Shown one piece after another: positions 38,139 through 49,832 of a stretch of 64,000 nucleotides of DNA. Each line of letters begins with the position of its first letter. Position 1 is the first letter of the stretch. Both the position numbers and the translations under genes were made by a program. Source of the stretch: Lama guanicoe (taxonomy: Eukaryota); contig MU054391.1 of assembly GCA_013239625.1 (NCBI GenBank), positions 6,903,824-6,967,823 on the forward strand, in the 5' to 3' direction. The notes below the pieces were generated by a model. The model ran no database searches and had not been told where the DNA came from. It saw only the letters and a list, made by a program, of their open reading frames with translations.

Positions 38139-38261
38139 CACATCTTCTTTATCTGTTCATCTGTTGATAGACACTTAGGTAGCTTCCATATCTTGGCAAA
38201 TGTAAATAATATTGCTGTGAACATTGGGGTGCATGTATCTTTTGGAATTAGTGTCTTTTCA
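37634..38261 (-). mobile_element. L1 3' fragment with internal (TG)n
   Basis: tttcacttagcataataccctccaagtccatccatgt etc.; TSD-like aacaagtatt at 37624 and 38262. Confidence 0.85.
38074..38136. repeat. (TG)n microsatellite
   Basis: Read directly. Confidence 0.95.
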
Positions 38262-39687
38262 AACAAGTATTCTTTAATGGGTAAGAAGTAAGTTCAGGTT
38301 GAAATTGACACTCCTGGCCTTTCTTGTTTTTGCAGATGGTTAAATAGCTTACTTGTGGTTGGAAATGTTAATTAGTGAAAATAACCAGTTGCACCAATAC
38401 CTGTAAACTTTTACTGGGTGTGTAGTTTAAAGCTACACTATAATATCTGTATTTTTGTCTTGTCATTTTTAACTGGAGACTTTATAATCTAGAGCCTGTC
38501 TAAAGGCTTCTGTCCTTAATACGAAGTTGATCACTCTTTCGTTTAGTAAGCAGTTGACTAAACTATGGCATTGTAGATGTTCATTCTATTACTACCATTT
38601 TATTTGACACGAGGAACCCCCATTTTAAGCAAATCGTGTCCAGTTTGTGGATTCGACATTTGAATTGTTTAGAGATTCCAGAGTGTTCAGAGGCAATCTC
38701 AAAGTAGAGCTAGGAAAAGATTTTTAAAAATTCAGAATGAAGAGTAGATAGACTCTAACTTAAAGAGAAGGGCAGGCCCCCTACCCAAGAATAGTCATCG
38801 AAGTTGAGCGAGACCAGGGCATTGGAACAAAGGCTGTCGTATGGACCCTCCATGCATTAAGGGGGTATAGGGAGCTTGCTTTTAATAATCCACGTTTCCC
38901 TGTCCAGCGTGCTCCAGTGGGTCTGTTCTGCTTCCCCTAGGAAGCCTCGAGGGCTTTTGTGGGGTAACTGACCCGGCTGAGGGCAGCTCACGGAACCGTG
39001 GCCTGGCGATTCCAAAGGTCCATGGACCTCTAATCCCTTCCAAAGATTTCAGTCACTTAATCTTCGCAGCTCATACGCTGCTTAATGGGTGCTTTTGTGT
39101 TTTTGGTTCAGTTTCTGGATATACAGATAAATCATGGTACTTTAAAGCTAATTATGCTTAAAAAAACCAACAGGATGGGGAAGACTATTGTAGAAGTTTT
39201 GTTATGGCATACAATTTAAAAACATACAGAAGAGTTAAAAAAAAAGAAAGAAAGAAAATTGGAAATCTACGATCCACATATAATTACTGTTAATATTTTG
39301 GTGTATTTTTTCCTGGCATTAAAACCAAATTCTATATGCTTCTAAACATTGGCCAAAATTATACATATACATATATATACACACACACATATATACACAT
39401 ACATACATACACACATATGTATATATACATGTAAATCTGTCATTTTGTATCTTTTTCCTATAAAGGTTGCATTATGAATATACCTATCATTTCACTGATA
39501 CTGTCATTTTAAATGACAATTTTATATTCTATTATGTGGATACATTATAATTTAACTATTTCTCTGGCAGATTCTTGGGCTTTTCCTTTTATTTGTGCTT
39601 TTGATGTTCTTTCCATTTTGATAAAACACCACTGATTGATGGTAATACATATTTCTGAAACTTAACTCTTAGAAAGTGGCAAGAGCA

Positions 39688-39810
39688 GGGAGGGCATAGC
39701 TCAAGTGGTAGAGTACATGCTTGGCATGCATGAGGTCCTGGGTTCAATCCCTGGTACCTCCTCTAAAAATAAAGAAAGAAAGAAACCTAATTACCTCCCC
39801 CCCAACAACA
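39688..39810 (+). mobile_element. tRNA-derived SINE
   Basis: Full head with A and B boxes; TSD aaagtggcaaga at 39673-39684 and 39811-39822. Confidence 0.9.
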
Positions 39811-40591
39811 AAAGTGGCAAGAAAAAGTTTAACTTCAAGGATATAAAGTAGGAAAGGATGCAGTCCTGCCTCAGTCCTTTCAGTCTCTTAACTCACTCTT
39901 AATTATCTCTTATGCCATTTACTTGTCTCTGTAACACAATAATTTGCAGTTTATTTACCCCACCAAAGTACGGGCTTCTTGAGGATCACAATGTGTGTCT
40001 TAATTTTGTTTGAATCCCTTTAATGGCCAGCATGTCACAGATCTTCAAAGTATTATTTTGGGGGGAGTATATTTCAGGGGCCGCGTGGGAACCCAAGTCC
40101 TCTTGGAGATGTAAAATGACAAATCTTGATCCAACTGACTCCTCTTACCTTTTTACTGTGGAAAACTTCAAACATGTACGGAAGTAGAAAAATCATGTAA
40201 CAGACTTCCATGTGATCTTCTTGTCCAGTTTCAACAATTGTGAACACTGTTAATTTTGTTTCTTCTATCTTTTCCCTCCCCTCACTTCAATCCTCATGGA
40301 TTACCCTGAAGTACATCCCAGACATTAAAGCATTTCATACCCCTGTGTTTTGGAAGATGAATTGACCTCCAAATTTACTGAAAAGGGCATGTTCCAGGAG
40401 GCTGAGCAGAAGGAGCTGGGTTTGCTGGGAGGCTGTGTGACAGACATGCCAGTGACCTGAGAGACGACTCTAACTGGTTTGCCTTTGACCCTTAGCAGGT
40501 TGGCTCTCTGGCTCACCTGTCTGTCACCTGAGGAGCTTGGCGAGGTAATCCACAAGCTTCCTTCCATCAAGGTCTGCCTTTTAGTCTAATG

Positions 40592-40781
40592 TGGTAGTTC
40601 TCAAATTGTAGTTGCTGGACCAGCAGCTCTGGTGTCACCAGGGAGCTTGCTCAACATGCAGATTCTCAGGCCCTGCACCTAGCCCTCCTCAGAAGCTCTG
40701 GGAAGCGGGGGATTGCCCAGCAGTCTGCAGTTTAGCAGGCCCTCTGGGTGATCCTGATGAAAAGCCAAGCTTGAGAACCAC
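40592..40781. mobile_element. MER5A-like hAT MITE
   Basis: gtagttctcaa...atgcagattctcaggccc...ttgagaaccac termini. Confidence 0.8.
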
Positions 40782-42742
40782 GAATCTGTAAAGGTAGCCA
40801 AGAGGTCTATAAGCTTAAAAGAAGAAGAAGACGAAAGAAAGACACAAAAGCCTGCTGGAAACTGCATTCACCCATCAGCAAGCTCAGTAAGTCACTCCAA
40901 AGTCAGCTTCTTCCTTTCATACAGAACGGTGTCAGTGGTGAAGTGACTGAGATCTTTTGTTGATCAGGATCTCTGATTGACAGTTACAGTTCTTGACTCA
41001 AAAAGATTGGGGAAAGAAATTATTAGGTAAAACCTTCCTGAATGAGGTATATGTAGGCAATTTTCATAAAAAAAAAAAAAGGAGAGGTTGAGAACCACTT
41101 CATGGGACACACCCCATTTACAATTACATATTTATTTGTTTGATGTGTTATCTCCCCTGAAGCACATGGGGAGTCCTGGGAAGGGTCAAGTCTCTTTTGC
41201 TCACTGTTTTGCCCCAGCACCAGCACAATGGCTCCCAGAGTACGTGCTCAGTAAGTATTTGAAGGAAGAATGAACTTTTGTTCTTTAGGGAACTTACAGA
41301 ACTCTGGAGAGAGCCAAGCCTAATACTGGCAGAAACAATTAGGGAACAATTAAGGGTTCTATTCTGAGGTCTTGACTTCAGTGTAGGACAGTTTGAGCTG
41401 GAAGGTTGGTTAGTTTCATATTTGCCAAGTAAAAGTATCTGGTATGTGCTTAGCACTGTCTTGGACTCTGGGAGAAGTGTGGAGGGCGATACAAGAGAAA
41501 GGTGAAACGGAGCTCATATGAGAGTATTTCATTGACTCACACCTACTTTGCATTCCAGTGCTTTCGGGTACAAGAGTTGGCTGAATAAAATAATTATTAC
41601 CATAGTCACCACGATCCTTGGGCATCTACCATGTAGGAAGTGTTTTATGGGAATTGCATAAATATGTGTTCTCCGATGTGAACTAATTGGTAAATTCTGA
41701 AATTTTGTATTTTAACAAAATGAATTAAAAACCTGTTGATATCTTCACTTGCAAAGATAAACAACAGAGTTAGAAAATTGTTTCCAAAATTTAAATATCT
41801 GCAGATATGTTGGGCTGTAAAGGTGACACATATTTTAGCAACAAAATGCCATCGTTTATTTAATACAGAAATATTTAGTGAGTGTGTACTGTGTGCCAGC
41901 TACTAGTCTAAGTGCTGGAGATCCAGCAGTGAACAGAGCAGGCGATTCCTGCCCTTATGGAGCTTACATTCTAGTGGTAAGATTGGCAGTGAACCTGTCT
42001 GCTGTAAGTGAAGGTTAAATTTTCTTCTCAAAATGTTGGTTTGAGAGCAAATTCAGTCAGTGCGCTTGATCAAGAAATCCATATTAAATGCTCACTCTGT
42101 ACCGTTGCACGTTGTGTTGCATCAGGTGTGGTGGGGGGACACGCAGGGTGTGAGCTGCCTTCCAGGGGCAGTTTGTCAACTATGGGCATATAAAGTATTG
42201 CTGCTACCCTTACTAATGGCTACAGTTTAGAAGCAGTATTTGGGCTGGCGTGTTTGGGAACATAGAGGGAATGAATCTGATTAAGAACAGGTAAGAGGAG
42301 AAAGGAGCAGTTAGAAGTTGTCCTAATCTCAAGTACCTTACATGGGCCACCTCACCAATCCTTACTCAATGAGGTGAGTATTGTACCCATTGTAGAGATG
42401 AGGAAATGGAGTTACAGGAAAGCCAGTGGACTTGCCCAAGGTTACATGGGCAGCAAGCAGTGGGAAACCCATTTTTATCTGACTCCAAAGTGGGAGTGAG
42501 GGCTGGATAGAGCCAGGCTGAGAAGATGGACTTATGAGGGTCTGAGGGTACCCCCAACACTAAAACCATTTCCCCTGACTTCTCATCACACAGACTCATG
42601 AGAGGTTAGAGTTATAAGGTATCTTCTGGATCCTCTAGTTTGGTCAATGGACTAACTACGTTAGCATCACTTGTGAAATTGTTAGAAACGTAAACTCTTG
42701 GCGTCTCTCCCAGACCTTATCAATTAGCATCTTTGATGAATC

Positions 42743-43208
42743 TGTTACCGAATGCAAGTTCATGTGTCTGATGCACCGTGAAGCCAAACAAACCAAAAGG
42801 TTGGCGTTTGGAGCAGAGAAAGGTTTATTGCAGGGTGGAGCAAGGAGGACAGGGTGGCTCATGCCCAAGAAAACCCCGAACTCTCTGAAGGCTTTCAGCG
42901 AAGCATAAAGGCCAGGTAAGGGAGGAGGGCCCCGGGGTATGTGTTCAGCTCCTGCACAATTCTCTAGTTGATGTTGAGATAACAAGGTGGTGAAAACTAT
43001 CAACCCCTAGGCACCAGAAGGTCTGGGGGCCAACGTGCTCTTGATCATCAAGTAGTTAATTTCTTCCCTTTGGTAACGGTTTTTAGCATCTGAAAAACTC
43101 AGGAAATATGCATGAGATACTATTATCTGGGTAGTTCAGAGAGGAGCTACCTCAGAAGCTATGGGGGAGGGGTCTGACCCTGAAAGTCCCCACAGGGACT
43201 CGATAACA
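42743..43208 (-). mobile_element. ERV solo LTR (466 bp) nested in a MER5-like element
   Basis: TGTTA...TAACA termini, 4-bp TSD aatc (42739-42742, 43209-43212), AATAAA on the minus strand. Confidence 0.8.
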
Positions 43209-44108
43209 AATCTGGGTTTTCAAAAGTTCTCCAGGTGAGTCTCATGCATCCTGAAGGGTGAGAAGGACCATTCTAGAAGCTATTCTAGAGCTGCCCGGGC
43301 AAGAGGCCATTGGAAGGGATCTTTGGTCTAGGAATCTGGAGTCCATTCCAGACAAAGCTGCTAACTTCCAGCTTCCTTCCTCAGACTTGTCTTTAGACGA
43401 TGATAATCCTACACTTGTTTAAATGGGGGTGATCTGAGTGGCTATAGGACTTCCCATCGACCTTACCCTGCTGGTATTCATAAGCTAATGGAGTGTAGTT
43501 AAGAGCTGGCTGTCTGGAGTCATGTGGACCCAAGGTCAAGTGTGAACTTGGCTACATTTGGGCAAGTGACCTAATCACCTCTAGGTCTGTTTCTTCATCT
43601 GTAAAATGGGATCAGTAGTAATAAACACCTTGTAGAGCAGTGGCAAGGATTCCGTGTGTTACATGTCAGGTGCTGGAACACTGCCTCGTACGTAGAAAGA
43701 GGCCAAACTACTTCTTCCTCCTCCTCTTTATTAGTGCTATTGTATTATCGCCCACAGCCTGTCTTTGGGCCCGAACACAGTGGTGCTCACTTTCCACTGC
43801 CACCCACACCTCTTGCTCAGTCCCTGTGGTGTTTGCGCTGGGTCACCCTGTGACCTCTCGGGTCCCCTCATGTGATGGCGGCTGGTGTGCATGGGGAACT
43901 GGACCTCTACCATCATCTGCATGTCTCACCTCTTTTTCTTTAGAGATGTTGCCTGTGAGTTGTGTTCTTTGAGCATCGTAACCGGGAAGAAGTTGGTGGT
44001 TTTGCACAATTGGTCGCTGTCGTTCACGAAGCCCCGGCTTCACGCGAGCGTTTTACATCATCCCTGAGCCTCACCACAGCCTCAGAATCTGAGGCCCAGA
44101 GATGTACC

Positions 44109-44188
44109 TGCTGGGTGGAACCATATGAAATCGGTATTTTTGTAGATCAAAATGGTATAACGGCAATTTCGTATGGTTTAGCCTAATA
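44109..44188. mobile_element. MADE2-like mariner MITE (~80 bp)
   Basis: aaccatatgaaat...atttcgtatggtt inverted repeat, ends cctaata. Confidence 0.75.
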
Positions 44189-45294
44189 CTTTTATCATAC
44201 TGGGTAATTGTTTTTCAAGAACTTAAAAAAATGGTCCTAAGGATATTTTCTTGTTTCTTCTGATCAAAATGTTACCCAAAAGGACACATGGAAAAAACTG
44301 GGGTCCTGCACTTTCCCAAGCACTTCACGATGTACCTTATGAGGTGGGCGCTATTATCATCACCCTCATTTATAGAACTGAGGCACAGAGACATTAAGGA
44401 GCTTGTCCAAGACCACATGCCAGAAAGTGGCAGAAACAGTGTGGACACAAACCTCCTGGGCCCAGAGACTGAGCTCTAAGCCTCGTGTGCATCAGTCTCC
44501 TGACTCTCAGGATAAGGGTCTTTTTCCCAAATAAGCAGGATTTTCGCTGCTGTGGAATTTGGACAAGTCGGGGAAGGAAGGGCCCAGCCTCCCTGAGCAC
44601 CTCCGTGAATCTGTGTTCCCTTTCATCTACTTTTAGCAGCAACCTTGTGATGTAATGATCGCCCCGTTTTACAGATGAGGAAAACCAGCTGAATTTCAAG
44701 CCTCCCGCTGTCTGACTGCAGAGTTCTGTCTGTCCTGGTTCCGGGTGGTTCTTCTCTTTCCTTTCACTTCTCTTCTGTTGGAGTTGCTGCCATGGTTATT
44801 CTCAAGAATCCAGTTTCTCAACCTCCGGCTCTTGGTCTGTTGAGACCCAGCACTGGCCCCTGACTGCTCTCAGCTCACGGGGACGCAGCTGCCTCTCAGG
44901 TTGGGGCTGAGGTCACCAACAGGGTCTTCTTTCAGTGATTTGATCATCATGGAAGGGAACAAAAGTGCTTTGTTGGGATTTTAACCCCCTTGGTTTATAT
45001 GTATCTGAGGTCAATTACACAGGTGAAAAGGAGTAGGTTCAGATGGGGCCATTGGACGTGCCCTTCTAATCCCCATTAATATTGTATGAAGCTTAAAAAT
45101 TCCCAGAGAGATTTCTGATGCAGCGACAAGGGCAGGGAGCATCTTCCCCAGCCCTGTGGCCACACTCCAGTGTCTGATTAACAAAGCAAGCTGTCTAGAC
45201 AAGAGCTCTCTCTCCTGCCCAGGTAGCAGCGTCATGGCAAGTTGCTCACAAGAAGAGTATCTTTTTGAAAATGCTGATTTATATTTATTTTGAA

Positions 45295-46135
45295 TTAACA
45301 TTTTAATTTTGAGATAATTTTAGATTCTTACAACATACAGTTGTAAGAAATAATCCAGAGCTCTTATGTACCCTCTATTCAGTTTCTCCCAATGGTAACA
45401 TCTTGAAAAACTGTAGTACGATATTGCAACAGTGATACAGTCAAGATATGGAATTGTCCCAGTACCATGTCTCTCTTGGGGCCACAGCTGTTTCCCTCTC
45501 ACTCTTGCCATCACTTGTCCCTGACCCCTGGCAATCACTGATCTCTTCTTTAGTTCTGTAATTTTGTTGATTCAGGGATGTTATAAAAATGGAATTACTT
45601 AGTGTGTGATCTCCTGAGATTGCTTCCCCCACCCTCTGCCTGAGCATAATTCCCTGGAGATTCATCTCAGTTCTTCTGAGTATTAATAGTTCATTCCTTT
45701 TTATTGGTGAATTGTATTCTAAACCTATGAATGTACCACAGTGTAATCATTAACCTGTTGAAAGATAACCTGAATTGTTTCCAGGTTTTAGCTGTTACAG
45801 ATAAAACTAGTGTTGACGTTTGTGTACAGGTTTTTGTGTACACGTAACAGTTAATTTCTATAGGATAAATATTCGAGAGTGCAACTACTGGGTCTCATGG
45901 TACTTGCACGTTCAATTTTCTAAGAAACTGCAAAACAGTTTTCCAAAGTGGCTGTACCATTTTACATTCCCACCAGCAATGTATAAAGATCCAGTTTCTC
46001 TGCATTCTTGACGACATTTGGTACTGTCATTATTTTTTATTTTAGACATTCTGATGGGTGTGTAGTGATATCTTATGGTCAGTTTAATTTGTATTTTCTT
46101 GTTGGCTAATGAAGCTGAGCATCTTTTCCTCACTT
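45295..46135 (-). mobile_element. Old L1M fragment (ORF2 end / 3' UTR)
   Basis: Minus ORF MRKRCSASLANKKIQIKLTIRYHYTPIRMSKIK resembles L1 ORF2; ttccaaagtggctgtaccattttacattcccaccagca. Confidence 0.85.
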
Positions 46136-46189
46136 ACGTGCTTTCTGTTTATCCTCTTTGGTAAAATGTCTCTATGTCTTTTGCCCCCC

Positions 46190-46460
46190 CCTTTTTTTTT
46201 TACTTTCAATCTATTTTTATTATTTATTTACTTATTTTATTGGAGCATAGTCAGTTACAATGTGTCAATTTCTGGTGTACAGCATAATGTCCCAGTCATG
46301 CATATATATACATATATTCATTTTCATAATTTTTATTGAAGGTTGTTATAAGATAATGAATACAGTTCCCTGTGCTCTACAGCGAGACCTTGCTGTTTAT
46401 CTATTTTATATACAGTAGTTAGTATCTACAAATCCCAAACTCCCAATGTATCCCTCCTCC
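46190..46460 (-). mobile_element. Short L1 3'-end insertion
   Basis: T-rich tail then atagtcagttacaatgtgtcaatttctggtgtacagcat; same family as copies at ~30152-30357, ~33325-33490, 53075-53246 and ~55100-55285. Confidence 0.75.
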
Positions 46461-46768
46461 TTTCTTTTAAGATTTTAAGAATCGGTGCTTTTTATTATCA
46501 TGTCAAATATACTGGGCCAGGTAAGTGCCTACAATTTGTACAATAAACTTGAGATGCTTGTAGAGCTGATTACAGTCAAGAGATCTGTAAGAACACTTCA
46601 GCTTAGGGACACTGGGGGTCAGGACTTGGCAGTGGAGGGAGTGAGAGGCAGGGCTCGGACGCTCTGGGTGGGAGGCAGAATTCCTCTGGAGTTTTGCCAC
46701 TGCTATGCAGCTGGGCAGCTTCCTCTTTTAGGCACGGGTGGTGACGCTGGGTGTTCTGGGTCAACCTG

Positions 46769-46781
46769 GGGCACGCTGACC
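46769..46781. promoter_or_regulatory. Near-consensus ERE GGGCAcgcTGACC
   Basis: One mismatch to the consensus; flanked by half-sites GGGTCA (46758) and TGACCT (46794). Confidence 0.5.
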
Positions 46782-48439
46782 TGCGGGTGGAATTGACCTT
46801 GTGGTAGGCATGGGCATGGCCGGGTTAGGTTCCCACTTTGTCTCTTCCGTCAGCTGCAGCCCTGCCTGATCTCTTGTGATTTCAGCTGTCAGCTCCTGTG
46901 CTGTTTCCCCCACCCCAACCCCCAGGGTGACCTCCAGGAGCTGGCTGTCTCCAAACTTGTGTCTAGAACACGCAGAACTCTAGTGCAATGGAAGTGTGAG
47001 ATTACATTTTTTAAATCGTTGTGATTAAACATTGTAGACTGACTATACTTCACTTTAAAAATTGTTGTGATTATTTTTAAATGTTTTGCATTGTTCTGCA
47101 CACATGCTCATTGGAGAAAAAGTAGCTAGCACAGTTCAAGGGGATTTATCTGTAATCCCTATACCCCGAGATAATCCCTGTAAACACAAAATTATTAATT
47201 TGTGAAGGACGATTGTTTGGTTTGGTGGTGTTTTGGTTTTTTTTTTTTTTTCGCTCATTTCTTTTACCAGCTGGGACATGAAGATAACAAAGCTAGTTTG
47301 GGAAAACAAAAAAGAGAAGAAATTGTTCCCCATTGGCTGAATCTGGAGAGGTTTTCACACTGCTGTCCACACTGCAGATGGGGCCTGTGTGTGTAAGTGC
47401 AGAGGTCAGCACCAAAAGGTGGGAGCCCAGAGGCAGGCTGGGGCCAGTACTGCCAGAATGATCTTTTGTTTCCACTGCTCAGCTGTCCGGGATGATGGCT
47501 GAGGACATCAAAGACATGTCTAAACCCTGTTATCTGGCTCTGTCCTTTGCCCCGACTGTGGAAGAGGTCTCCCCACAGGGAGCCCTGGAGCGCAGATCCC
47601 GCCCCACCCCGCCTGCCCGGCTTCCATCCGGCTAGTAATTCCAGGCAAGAGCTAATCAGTAATAGTTGCATTATCCATGTATATCCATCTCTGTCTTCTT
47701 CTGAGGAAAATTTATTTATTTACTAACCTGATTAAAAGAGTAAAAAGTGTTTTCTTCAAATTTCAAATGTTATATGTGTGAGTTTCCAAAAACTTTACAA
47801 AACAGAAAAATACAAAACAAAGAACTAATTCCTCTACCTAGAAACAAACCATTGTTGTTGGCGTTTTGGGACATTCCTGCTGTCTTTCTCGTGGACATCT
47901 CTAACAGAAATTTTACAAAAACTGCTATCATATATCATGTAATTGTATTATATGGAATATACACAATGTTCCTGTCAGTGTGCTAGGCTCTTTTAAGCTT
48001 CTCATTACTATAAATATTCTACAACACATATTTTGGTATCTGCAGAGCATTCTGTTGTGTATCATTTTTGCATAATTTCTTCACATTGTAGAATTCTTGC
48101 TTTAAAAAAATTAAGGTGGCAATTCTTGCCTTTTCTGCTTAGCAAACAATTCCCACTGTAGCAAGGAAAACTTTGTGTATAAAATTACCTGCTTTGCTTA
48201 TAGGAACTTTGTAAACTATCATTCAAGTAACAGATTGCTACTTTGATAGTTAAAATGGTCCAGCTGCTTGGAAATGGTAACCGCTGAGACTGACTCAGTT
48301 TTCATGAACACGTAGTGGGTACTGGACATCTTTACAGCAAGGGATGGATCCTAGTCAGACGTCTGACCACAGGGGCACCCTGTGGAGAAAGTCTGATGAG
48401 GGATACAGTAGATGGGTCCCTGGTGTATTTTTCTTAAAA

Positions 48440-48641
48440 AAAAATTTTTTTTCTTTTAAGATCATTTTCTTTTCTTCTTCTTTTTTTTTTGTATTTGTTT
48501 GGGGTACTTTGTGGGGGTGATTAGGTTGGTTTGTTTGTTTGTTTGCTTATTTATTTACTTACTTACTTATTTATTTTTAATGGAGGTCCTGGGGATTTCG
48601 TGCATGCTAAGCACAAACTCTACCACTGAGCTATACCTTCC
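48440..48641 (-). mobile_element. tRNA-derived SINE
   Basis: ctctaccactgagctataccttcc head on the minus strand, long T-rich tail. Confidence 0.8.
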
Positions 48642-49708
48642 GGCCCCCTCCACCAATGCCTTTTCCTAGGCCAACTTTTGGCTAAGAAACAATGAAGAGA
48701 GCAAGTATAGAGTCCTGGCAAACTAGTTTGAGTTCAGTGTTAGCCTGTGATGTAAGAAATGTAATAGATCATGAGATGCCAGTTCACTCTGCATTTTCAG
48801 CCATGAGGTGACTTGGCTGAGATGCAGGGCTTAAGGTTGTGGTCCCATCTCGGAGTCCTCAGTCACACACTGTGACAGGCTGTGTCTCTGCGCTGGCCAC
48901 ACTGCATATCGTTGTGTGTTTGCCTGAGCCTTTCCCCCTTGGATTACCCAGTTTTTGAAGACAGGAACCAGGGCCCCATCCCCTGAGCACCCATGGGACC
49001 CCCGCCGAGCGCTGCGGCCTCCCGACCAATGACCATGTTCAGTCCCTGCGATTCAGTGTTGCTCCCTGTGACTCTGCAGTTATTCATTTAGGTCCTAAGC
49101 TCTTCTGAGTAAACTGCCACAGTGGTCGTGGGAGCTGAGAGGCAAAAGACTGAGGGCAGGCTGTCTTGTTTCCATGATGGAATTCTTTCCATGATGGGTT
49201 GCAAAGTATTTCAGACATGTTTCCTGAATTACTCCAAGCCAGTTCATTACAAAGGGAAGATGCTTTTCGATTCTTCCTATATTATACTTTTACAAAAGAG
49301 AAACATAATCCTGAGATGTGTCCAACCACAGAAACATGTGAAGTACCTACTTCTACGTTGTACCAGGTTTGCTTTGTTTTGTTTTCAGGAATCATACTCT
49401 TAGGGTTCCCTTTTTATTTATGTTTGGGCTGAATGGATTATTTTTTAAAACTTATTAGAGCCTAGATTTCCATTTAAGTTTACAGAACCAATGCAGCTTG
49501 GCACTTCCTCAGTTCATCTGTTTGCTCCTTTAATAGTTTACCTGAATAAAGGCAATAGTGACAAATATGATGAAAATATTTATTGGCCACAAACATTGTA
49601 TCAGATACTTCATCTGTATCTCCATCTACTTTACGTATCATTTGATCTGTAGCACTTCATGTATTGAAGGCTCACAGAAGTGGAATGAATGCATAATTAA
49701 ATGACTGA

Positions 49709-49832
49709 AGGGGAGGTATAGCTCAAGTGGTAGAGCATGCACAAGGTCCCAGGTTCAATCCCCAGTACCTCCCCTAAAAACAATAAATAAACAAAGCTAA
49801 TTACCTCCCCCCAACCAGGAAAAAAAAAAAAA
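49709..49832 (+). mobile_element. tRNA-derived SINE
   Basis: ggaggtatagctcaagtggtagagc...ggttcaatccccagtacctcc...ctaattacctcccc, then poly(A). Confidence 0.85.
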
